Of a stretch of DNA of 43,973 nt, positions 36,977-43,973 are shown piece after piece. This DNA comes from a bacterium. GTDB lineage: Bacteria > Krumholzibacteriota > Krumholzibacteriia > LZORAL124-64-63. The notes below the pieces were generated by a model. The model saw nothing but the letters and a program-made list of their open reading frames with translations, searched no databases and was not told the DNA's origin. The stretch covers positions 1-43,973 of the forward strand of contig JAURXS010000052.1 of the NCBI GenBank assembly GCA_030654305.1. Direction: 5' to 3'. Position numbers and translations under genes: made by a program. The first letter of the stretch is position 1, and each line of letters starts with the position of its first letter.

Positions 36977-37758
36977 CCCGCCACATCCTTCTGAGCAACG
37001 ACGACGGCATCGAGGCCCACGGCCTGAACCTGCTGGCCCGCGTCCTGACCGAGCGCGGCGACGTCCGCGTCAGCGTCGTGGCGCCTTCGGAGCAGCAGAG
37101 CGCCTCGAGCCACTCGCTGACCATCCGCAACCCGATCCGCGTGCTCGACTGCGGGCCGGGCCGCTGGGCGGTCACCGGCACGCCCACCGACAGCGTGCTG
37201 ATCGCGGTCGAGCACATCCTGCGCGACGACCCGCCCGACCTGGTCATCAGCGGCATCAACCACGGCGCGAACATGGGGGAGGACGTCACCTACTCCGGCA
37301 CGGTGGCCGCCGCGCTCGAGGGCGCGATCCTGGGCTTCCCCAGCTACGCCCTGTCCTGCGCCTCGTGGCACCCGCGCGACTGGGGCGCGGCGGAGGCCTT
37401 CGTGCGCCACCACCTCGACGCCCTGCTGGCCCTGCCGCTGCCGCGCCACGCGCTGCTGAACGTGAACATCCCCGACGTCCCGGCCGCCGAAGTGCGCGGC
37501 ATCCGCACCTGCCCGCTGGGCAGCCGCCGCTACAAGGACGTCATCACCGAACAGACCGACCCGCGCGGCCGCCCCTACCTGTGGATCGGCGGGCGCGGCC
37601 CCACCTGGGAACAGATCCCCGACACCGACGCCGTGCTGCTGCAGGAGGGCTACGTGGTGATCACCCCGCTGCGCGTCGACCTGACGCACACCGAACTGCT
37701 GACCCGCATGGGCGGCCTGGACCTCGGCGGTCCGCTCGGCACGGCGGCGCGAGCGTGA
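36973..37758 (+). CDS. surE: 5'/3'-nucleotidase SurE
   Basis: ILLSNDDGI, QSASSHSLT, GTPTDSV, SGINHGANMG, YSGTVAAALEG, NVNIP. Confidence 0.95.
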
Positions 37759-38408
37759 TGAGGGACTACGCCGTCGCCCGCCGCCGCATGGTGGACGAGC
37801 AGATCCGCGACGCCGGCGTCACCGACCCGGCCGTCCTCGCCGCGATGCGCGAGGTGCCCCGCCACCGCTTCGTGCCCCGGCTGCTGCATCACCGCGCCTA
37901 CCAGGGCTGCGCCCTGCCCATCGGCCACGGCCAGACCATCAGCCAGCCCTTCATCGTGGGCCTGATGACCGCGCTGCTCGAGCTCAAGGGCGACGAGCGC
38001 GTCCTGGAGGTGGGCACCGGCTCCGGCTACCAGGCGGCCATCCTGTCCCGCCTGGCCCGCGAGGTGGTCAGCGTGGAGCGCATCGAGGCCCTGGCCCTGC
38101 GGGCCGCCAAGACCCTCGAGGATCTCGGCTGCGCCAACGTCGTGGTCCGGGCCGCCGACGGCGGCGCCGGCCAGCCCGAAGCCGGCCCCTTCGACGCCGT
38201 CGTGGTGACGGCCTGCCCCCCGCGCCTGCCGTCGCTGCTCTTCCACGAGCTGCGCGAGGGCGGCGTGCTGGTCCTGCCGATCGGCGACGACGACGAGCAG
38301 ATCCTCTACCGGTACCGCAAGGTGGGGGGGGAGCCGGTCGTGGAGCGATCGGTGGCCTGCCGGTTCGTGCCCATGCTGGACGGGGTGCAGCGGCTCGAAG
38401 GGGAATGA
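37758..38408 (+). CDS. pcm: Protein-L-isoaspartate O-methyltransferase
   Basis: VPRHRFV, LPIGHGQTISQP, VLEVGTGSGYQAAIL, PFD.VVVTA, CRFVPM; follows surE. Confidence 0.94.
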   Translation: MRDYAVARRRMVDEQIRDAGVTDPAVLAAMREVPRHRFVPRLLHHRAYQGCALPIGHGQTISQPFIVGLMTALLELKGDERVLEVGTGSGYQAAILSRLAREVVSVERIEALALRAAKTLEDLGCANVVVRAADGGAGQPEAGPFDAVVVTACPPRLPSLLFHELREGGVLVLPIGDDDEQILYRYRKVGGEPVVERSVACRFVPMLDGVQRLEGE

Positions 38409-38423
38409 GGGGGGAAGCTCTCC

Positions 38424-38452
38424 TTGCGTTTCCGGGGCCGGGGGTGCATCTT
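38424..38452 (+). promoter_or_regulatory. Candidate promoter of tRNA-Pro(CGG)
   Basis: TTGCGT-17 nt-CATCTT. Confidence 0.45.
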
Positions 38453-38513
38453 GTGCGTCTGTTTCGCGGGTCCCCGGCCGAGACCGGGGGAAGCCGCGGA
38501 CCACCGATACGGT

Positions 38514-38591
<78 letters not shown>

Positions 38592-38600
38592 CGCTGACGA

Positions 38601-38640
38601 AGGAAACGGGTCGCCTCAGGGCGGCCCGTTCCTGTTTTAT
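38601..38640. terminator. Probable bidirectional terminator between tRNA-Pro and the convergent minus-strand operon
   Basis: AACGGGTCGCC-TCAG-GGCGGCCCGTT stem with A-rich 5' flank and CCTGTTTT 3' flank. Confidence 0.65.
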
Positions 38641-38669
38641 CCTGTTTTCAACATTCAGCGGCACCGCAC

Positions 38670-39407
38670 CTAGGTCAACCCGATCAGACGCCGCCAGCCG
38701 CGTCGGCCCGGCAGCGGGACCTCGTGCTCCACGCGCCGCACCTCGCCATCCGGCTCCAGCAGCGCGTAGCCCTGCCAGCTCTGGGGCAGCCCGAGGTAAT
38801 GGATCCCGTCGCGCTCGCTCTCGTGCCAGCGGTGGTGGTGCCCGAAGACCCACCAGCGCGGCCGCAGGTGCGCCGCCACGCGCGCCAGGCCCGCCACGCC
38901 GGGCGGGCCCAGGTGGGCGAGCGCGACCTCGCTGTTCACCCCGATGTCCGTGGGGCAGTCGTGGCTGATCACGAGGTCGATGCTGCCGGGAGCGTGGGCC
39001 AGGCAGGCGTCGATGTCCCGCTCGCGGATCTCGCTGCCGCACGGGGTCGACCAGGCGTCCATGTAGCGCGCGCCGCCGACGCACAGGCAGTTCCAGTCGC
39101 CCAGACTCAACCGGGAGCCGCGGGGCAGGTGGGTGACGACGTCCGCGTAGTCGCGCACCAGCCGCTCGAACGACGCGAAGTCCTCGTGGTTGCCCTCGAT
39201 GAAGGCCGTGGGGTGCGCGAACCGGAACCCGCCGCGTCGGAAGTGGCGGTGCAGTTCGGCGCCGAACAGGCCGAAGTCCCCCAGCACCAGCACCCGCTCG
39301 ACGGGACGGCCCCGCGATTCCTGGGCGTGGGCCGCCTGCGCGTCGACGACTCCGTAGTGCGCGTGGACGTCGCTGAGCAGCAGGATCGAGCCGTCACCGG
39401 TCGACAT
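38670..39407 (-). CDS. Calcineurin-like metallophosphoesterase
   Basis: All five motifs: LSDVH, LGDFG, EGNHED, SHD, FGHHH; ATG at 39407 lies 5 nt after the upstream stop. Confidence 0.85.
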   Translation of the reverse strand: MSTGDGSILLLSDVHAHYGVVDAQAAHAQESRGRPVERVLVLGDFGLFGAELHRHFRRGGFRFAHPTAFIEGNHEDFASFERLVRDYADVVTHLPRGSRLSLGDWNCLCVGGARYMDAWSTPCGSEIRERDIDACLAHAPGSIDLVISHDCPTDIGVNSEVALAHLGPPGVAGLARVAAHLRPRWWVFGHHHRWHESERDGIHYLGLPQSWQGYALLEPDGEVRRVEHEVPLPGRRGWRRLIGLT

Positions 39408-39412
39408 CGCGC

Positions 39413-41494
39413 TCAGCCCCCCCGGAACTCGTGGTCCAGCATGGTCTGCAGCGCCTTGATGTCGGCGAACACGGACTTCAGCGTCCGGCGCGTCGCCGGG
39501 TCGAGCGCGTCCGGCTCGAGCCGGTTGTCGGGTTCGAGACGATCGAGGATCCGCCGGGACTGGTGCTGCAGCCGCAGGTCCATCAGGAAGCGGTACGACT
39601 CGGCGAGTTCGGCGGCGGTCTCGGCGCGCAGCTTGCCCGCCGACGCGAGGGCGGCCAACCGGTCCGCCGTGGCGGTGGCGGCGACCCCGTGCTGCAGGGC
39701 GCGCAGCCGCACGTAATCGACGATCTGCGCCATGACGCCCTTGACGTCGAAGGTGGCGCGGTCCGCCTCGCCCTTCTCCAGCGCGAAGCCGCCGAACGCG
39801 TTGAGCGGCGGCTCGTACTGCAGCACGCTGCGCGCGAGCAGGTGCAGGAAGCGGGGCTCGCTCGCGATCTCGTCCGCCAGGTCGGCGCGCAGCGCGGCGA
39901 CCAGCCCGTCCTGTCCGAGTCCGTCCTGCCGGAGGGCGCCGCGGAAATCGAAGAAGATCTTCGCCTGCAGCAGGTCCTCGGCCTCCAGGGTGTGGATCCA
40001 GCCCGCGAACGTCCGGCGCCAGCCGGAGAGCGACTGGCAGCAGCGGGGCTCCCCGGACATGATGCCGCCCCGGCAATAGGGGTAGCCCGCCGCATCCAGG
40101 ATCGTGGAGAGCCGCGTCCCCAGGCGCAGGAAATAGTCGCGCGCCGCCGCCTCCGCGCCGGCGTCCAGGTCCGGGTAGATGATGGCGTGGTCCTGGTCCG
40201 CCAGCAGGCTCACCTCGGCGCGACCGAGGCTCCCCATGAGCATGACGTCGAAGTCCGACGGCGGCGGCCCCAGTTCGGCGATCGCCAGTTCGACGCCCTT
40301 GCGCACGGCCGTGTCCGCGTTCTGCGACAGCATGCGGCTGACCTGCAGGGCGTCGGCCCCGTGGCTCATCATCAGGCCGGCCATGGTCGCCAGACGCCGG
40401 TTCGCCGCCGCCAGGTCGTCGCTGCTTCGCGCCGCATGCAGATCGAGCTCGTGCGGCTGCTCCAGGCGGGTGGCCACGGCCATGCAACCGGGCCTGCCCT
40501 GCAGCATCACGCGCGACAGCGACAGCATGACCCGCACGACGCCGCCGCCGCGCGTGACCAGTTCGGCTTCGTAGCGGATGGGTGCGCGGTCCCCGTCGGC
40601 CACCGCCCGCCAGTGCCGGCGCCCGCTCTCCATTTCGGCGGCCGTCGCGCGCACCAGCCGCCCGGCGTCCAGGCGCGCGAACTCCTCGCGGCTGTAACCG
40701 ACCAGCTTCAACATGCTCGCGTTGGCGAAGAGCCCCTCGTCGCCCACGGACATGAAGATCGACTCGCCGGCCGACTCCACCAGCGAGCGGTACTTCTCCT
40801 CGGAGATCTTCAGGGCGGCGGCCGTGAGCAGGCGGCCGCGCTCCGCCTGGAAGCTGGTGCGCAGCAGGAAGACCAGCAGCAGCGTCACCGCGGCGAGGAT
40901 CAGCACGGCCGCCGCCTGCAGGCGCCCGGCCACCGCCGCCACCTCGCGGTCGACGTCGTCGGTGTAGACGCCGGTGCCGATGATCCAGCCCCAGGGTGCG
41001 AAGCCCTTGACGTAGGACAGCTTGGGCACGATGCGCGCGGGGTCGTCCTTCCACTGCCACATGTAGTCGACGTAGCCGGCGCCCTCGCGGCGCACGACGT
41101 CGACCATCGCGACGAAGATCAGCTTGCCGTGCGGGTCGGCGAAGGCGGACAGGTCGCCGCCCTCGAGGTCGGGGCGGTAGGGGTGGACGATCATCCGCGG
41201 CTGGAGGTCGTTGATCCAGAAGTAGTCCTTGCCCTCCTGGCCGTAGTGGAGGCTGCGGACCTGCAGGATGGCGGCGGCCTGGGCCTGCTCGCGCGAGAGG
41301 CGGCCGGCGCGCTCTTCGGCCTCGTAGCGGGCCAGGATGTTCCACGACGATTCGGTCAGCTCTCGGATCATGAGCCGCTTCTGGTCCATCACCGCGCGGC
41401 CCAGGGTGGGCAGGAAGTGGAAGAAGACCACGCCGGAAAAGAGGCCGACGGCCAAGAGGGCGGGCAGGCCCGTGCGCAGCGCAAGACGTTTCAT
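39413..41494 (-). CDS. Membrane receptor: TM-single Cache 2-TM-PAS-DUF294 nucleotidyltransferase-DUF294_C
   Basis: TM1; sCache_2 motifs YFWIND, MIVHP, DPHGKLIF, GYVDYMW, KLSYVKGFAPWGWIIGTGVY; TM2; PAS SEEKYRSLVE..ANASM..GYSREE; NTase MGSLGRAE...DQDHAII, GYPYCRGGIM, IFFDFR, FDVK. Confidence 0.85.
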   Translation of the reverse strand: MKRLALRTGLPALLAVGLFSGVVFFHFLPTLGRAVMDQKRLMIRELTESSWNILARYEAEERAGRLSREQAQAAAILQVRSLHYGQEGKDYFWINDLQPRMIVHPYRPDLEGGDLSAFADPHGKLIFVAMVDVVRREGAGYVDYMWQWKDDPARIVPKLSYVKGFAPWGWIIGTGVYTDDVDREVAAVAGRLQAAAVLILAAVTLLLVFLLRTSFQAERGRLLTAAALKISEEKYRSLVESAGESIFMSVGDEGLFANASMLKLVGYSREEFARLDAGRLVRATAAEMESGRRHWRAVADGDRAPIRYEAELVTRGGGVVRVMLSLSRVMLQGRPGCMAVATRLEQPHELDLHAARSSDDLAAANRRLATMAGLMMSHGADALQVSRMLSQNADTAVRKGVELAIAELGPPPSDFDVMLMGSLGRAEVSLLADQDHAIIYPDLDAGAEAAARDYFLRLGTRLSTILDAAGYPYCRGGIMSGEPRCCQSLSGWRRTFAGWIHTLEAEDLLQAKIFFDFRGALRQDGLGQDGLVAALRADLADEIASEPRFLHLLARSVLQYEPPLNAFGGFALEKGEADRATFDVKGVMAQIVDYVRLRALQHGVAATATADRLAALASAGKLRAETAAELAESYRFLMDLRLQHQSRRILDRLEPDNRLEPDALDPATRRTLKSVFADIKALQTMLDHEFRGG

Positions 41495-41525
41495 TCTAGA
41501 CGCTTCATTCGAGACGCTTCATCGT
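41484..41525 (-). repeat. Three tandem 14-bp repeats, each containing ATGAA(G/A)CGTCT (copies of the receptor gene start)
   Basis: + strand AGACGTTTCATTCT AGACGCTTCATTCG AGACGCTTCATCGT. Confidence 0.9.
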
Positions 41526-41570
41526 CGTGACCTGCCCTCCGTCTTCATGCCGATGCCCCCGCGCCGGAGC

Positions 41571-42629
41571 CTACAGCAGGAACTGCACGCCCGCCAGCAA
41601 CTGGTTGGGGCTGTCGCCGGTGCTGAATTCCACCCCGTAGCGCAGCTTGTGCTTCAGGCGGTAGTAGTGCAGCCCCGCCGTCAGGTTCGACATCCGGTCG
41701 CCGGAGCCGGGATCGACGACGGAGACCTTGCCCGTCGCCTGCACGCGGTCGCGGCGCAGCCCCGACTCGACGAACCAGGTGCTGCCGTGGAAGTTGAGGT
41801 TGTCCCAGTCGTACCAGCCGGCGTTGAGCGTGCCGAACATCCCGCCCGCGGCGAAGCCGGACTGCAGGTCGACCACGAAGGCCCGGCTGTCGATCGTCCA
41901 GCCGGGATCGGCGGCCGACACGTAGCCGGCGCGGTTGGCCCGTCTCTGGTAGTCGATCCCCGTGCCCAGCAGCAGGTAGGGATCCCCGCCCAGGCGCTCC
42001 TGCCCGTGGAACCAGGCCGTGGGCACGGCGCCGACGGCCGCGTACTCCAGGTGCCCGGTGAAGCGCGGCGCCGCCTCGGGATTCTTCGTGGTCCCGACTT
42101 CGTAGCCGTCGAAGACGCCCGCGCGGTAGGCGAACGACCCGCCGTACGAGCCGTGCAGCATCAGGCCCTGGTCGCGCCAGACGAAGGTGTTGGCCAGCTT
42201 GATCACCTCGGCGTTGTAGTCCAGCCCCAGCAGGCTGCCGGCCGAGGAAGTGTTCTCGAAGGACAGCGGCAGCAGGATCAGCCCCACCTCCAGCCAGTGG
42301 TCCCCGCTCAGGCGCAGGTCGACGAAGATGTCCTGCAGGTCGGTGGACACGCCGCTCACGGCGCCGTTCCCGGCGTTGTCGTTGTCCGTCTCGGCGAAGA
42401 CCTTCACGCCGTCGGCGATCTGGCCGCTGAAGATCAACCGCCCCCGGCGCAGGTACAGGTCGCGGTCGGCCGCGGCGCCCTCCACCGTCACGGCGTGGAA
42501 CTGGCCCAGCAGGCTGAACTGCAGGTTGGCGCCGTCGTCGAAGTCCCAGCGGGGGCCGGCCAGCGCGGGCGCGGCCGCGACCGTCAACACCACCAGCGCC
42601 GCCCGCAGCAGCAAGTCCGTCCTGCTCAT
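41571..42629 (-). CDS. Outer-membrane porin-like protein (OprO/OprP-like)
   Basis: Signal peptide ending ALA, LYLRRGRLIFSG, RDQGLML.G, YRAGVFDG, alternating beta-strand pattern, C-terminal GVQF; AAGGAGA RBS. Confidence 0.7.
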   Translation of the reverse strand: MSRTDLLLRAALVVLTVAAAPALAGPRWDFDDGANLQFSLLGQFHAVTVEGAAADRDLYLRRGRLIFSGQIADGVKVFAETDNDNAGNGAVSGVSTDLQDIFVDLRLSGDHWLEVGLILLPLSFENTSSAGSLLGLDYNAEVIKLANTFVWRDQGLMLHGSYGGSFAYRAGVFDGYEVGTTKNPEAAPRFTGHLEYAAVGAVPTAWFHGQERLGGDPYLLLGTGIDYQRRANRAGYVSAADPGWTIDSRAFVVDLQSGFAAGGMFGTLNAGWYDWDNLNFHGSTWFVESGLRRDRVQATGKVSVVDPGSGDRMSNLTAGLHYYRLKHKLRYGVEFSTGDSPNQLLAGVQFLL

Positions 42630-42659
42630 CGCACTCTCCTTGTCGGGATGGTAGGGGAG

Positions 42660-42681
42660 GCGGGCCGGCCGACCGGCCCGC
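42660..42681. other. GC-rich hairpin in the actP-porin intergenic region
   Basis: GCGGGCCGG-CCGA-CCGGCCCGC; no U tract, so possibly an mRNA-stabilising stem. Confidence 0.4.
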
Positions 42682-42699
42682 TCATTCAAGCCTGACATT

Positions 42700-43973
42700 T
42701 CAAGTCTGGACGGCGACCCGCCGGTTCTTCGTCACCAGCGACACCACGATTAGCGCCAGGAAGCTCAGCGGGATCGAGATGATCCCCGGCTGCCCCAGCG
42801 GGTGCCACGCCTGTTCGGCGGTAAGCCCGTACGGGCCCGCGAACATCTCCGGCCCGGTCAGGATGATCCCGAGCGAGGAGACGATGCCCACGATGATCGA
42901 GGCCACGATGCCCGCCGCGGTGGTCCGCTTCCAGAACAGGAGCATCAGGATGGCCGGCAGGTTGGCCGACGCCGCCACGGCGAAGGCCCAGCCGACCAGG
43001 AAGCTCACGTTGACCCCGCGGAAGACGATGCCCAGCACGATCGCCACGATGCCCACGGCGAAGGCCGCCAGCTTGCCGGCGCGCACCTTCTGACGGTCGG
43101 TCAGCTCCATGCGGCCGAAGCGGTCCATCAGGTCGTGGGCCACCGCGCCCGAGGCGGCCACGATCAGGCCGGCGACGGTGCCCAGCACGGTCGCGAACGC
43201 GATGGCCGAGATGATGGCGAACAGCACGCCGCCGAAGGACATCGCCAGCAGCGGCGCCGACATGTTGTTGTCGGCCGGGTTCACCGTGCCGTTGACCGCC
43301 GCGCCGAGGCCCAGGAACAGGGTCAGGACGTAGAAGAAACCGATCGAGGCGATGGCCACGATCGTCGACTTGCGGGCGCAGGCCGGGCTCGGCACGGTGT
43401 AGTAGCGGATCAGGATGTGCGGCAGCGCCGCGGTCCCGAAGAACAGGGCCATCATCAGCGACACGAAGTTGAGCTTCTCGGTCGTGGTGTGCACCTTGAA
43501 CTTCACGCCCGGCTTCATCTCGTCGGTGCCCGAGACGGTCTTCGGCGAGTAGACCGCGTACTTGGCGCCCTTCTCGTCGGTCACGGCCTGCTTCTGCCAC
43601 TGCTCGACCCGGGTGTCGGGGTGGGTCAGGTGCGCGAGGAAGGCCAGCGGGCCCACCGCGCCGGTGCCGGCGGCGGCTTCCGCGTCGCTCATCCCGCCGA
43701 TCCGCCGCAGGCGCCCGACGGGCTCCAGCACGCCGCCCGCCACGCCGTTGACAACCCCGTCGCTGGTCCACTGCGCACGCCAGAGCGTGCCGTCGGCCTC
43801 GCGCTTCCACCAGGTGGTCGCCCCGTCGCGGACGTACTTCTGCAGGCTGCCGGTCGTGTGCAGCAGCGCGTACCCCTGCTCCTGGAGCTGGCTCTCGGTG
43901 GCCTGCACGGTCATCTCGCCGCCGGGGGCGCCGCCGTCGAGCCCCACGGGCTCGGTGCTCAGGCCGCGCGCGA
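42700..43973 (-). CDS. actP: Cation/acetate symporter ActP-like sodium:solute symporter, C-terminal part (5' end beyond window)
   Basis: SLMMALFFGTAALPHILIRYYTVP...ARKS, NMSAPLLA, ISAIAFATVLGTVAGL, AHD, FAVAASANLP; frame stays open to the window edge. Confidence 0.85.
   Translation of the reverse strand, partial: ARGLSTEPVGLDGGAPGGEMTVQATESQLQEQGYALLHTTGSLQKYVRDGATTWWKREADGTLWRAQWTSDGVVNGVAGGVLEPVGRLRRIGGMSDAEAAAGTGAVGPLAFLAHLTHPDTRVEQWQKQAVTDEKGAKYAVYSPKTVSGTDEMKPGVKFKVHTTTEKLNFVSLMMALFFGTAALPHILIRYYTVPSPACARKSTIVAIASIGFFYVLTLFLGLGAAVNGTVNPADNNMSAPLLAMSFGGVLFAIISAIAFATVLGTVAGLIVAASGAVAHDLMDRFGRMELTDRQKVRAGKLAAFAVGIVAIVLGIVFRGVNVSFLVGWAFAVAASANLPAILMLLFWKRTTAAGIVASIIVGIVSSLGIILTGPEMFAGPYGLTAEQAWHPLGQPGIISIPLSFLALIVVSLVTKNRRVAVQT

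Noticed and set aside
41484..41525. CRISPR-like or iteron array
   Set aside because: The units are 14 bp and directly adjacent with no spacers, and there is no cas or rep gene.
43748..43753. TTGACA on the + strand inside actP as an antisense promoter
   Set aside because: There is no plausible -10 hexamer at 16-18 nt spacing.

Overview
High-GC bacterial chromosomal segment. The envelope genes (lapA/lapB, a porin-like gene, lipoproteins) indicate a diderm; the lineage cannot be fixed from this window. Positions 1-38.6 kb are a dense, almost entirely plus-strand housekeeping backbone: hslU(3' end)-argF-Ig-like lipoprotein-dapF-dapA-dapB, rpsT (minus), uvrC-xerD-trpS-scpA-scpB-rluB-hisC-aroF-cmk/plsC fusion-rpsA-mtaB-miaB-lapA-lapB-SPOR-mutS-(degenerate GGDEF protein)-mutL-miaA-tRNA-Gly-DUF512-der-plsY-gpsA-MerR-tRNA-Pro-acyltransferase-GT2-surE-pcm-tRNA-Pro. 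The last 5.3 kb is a minus-strand operon and the most interesting part. It encodes an ActP-like sodium:solute symporter with a large inserted loop, a porin-like protein, a membrane receptor with an unusual TM-sCache_2-TM-PAS-DUF294 nucleotidyltransferase architecture, and a calcineurin-like metallophosphoesterase. Together these form a candidate carboxylate-sensing nucleotidylation writer/eraser system. Its receptor gene is preceded by a chain of ATGA-overlapping mini-ORFs built from a 14-bp tandem repeat. No CRISPR, prophage or IS element is evident. All calls come from motif recognition by eye; no searches were run, and many starts were moved from the ORF track to the nearest plausible RBS or overlap start.
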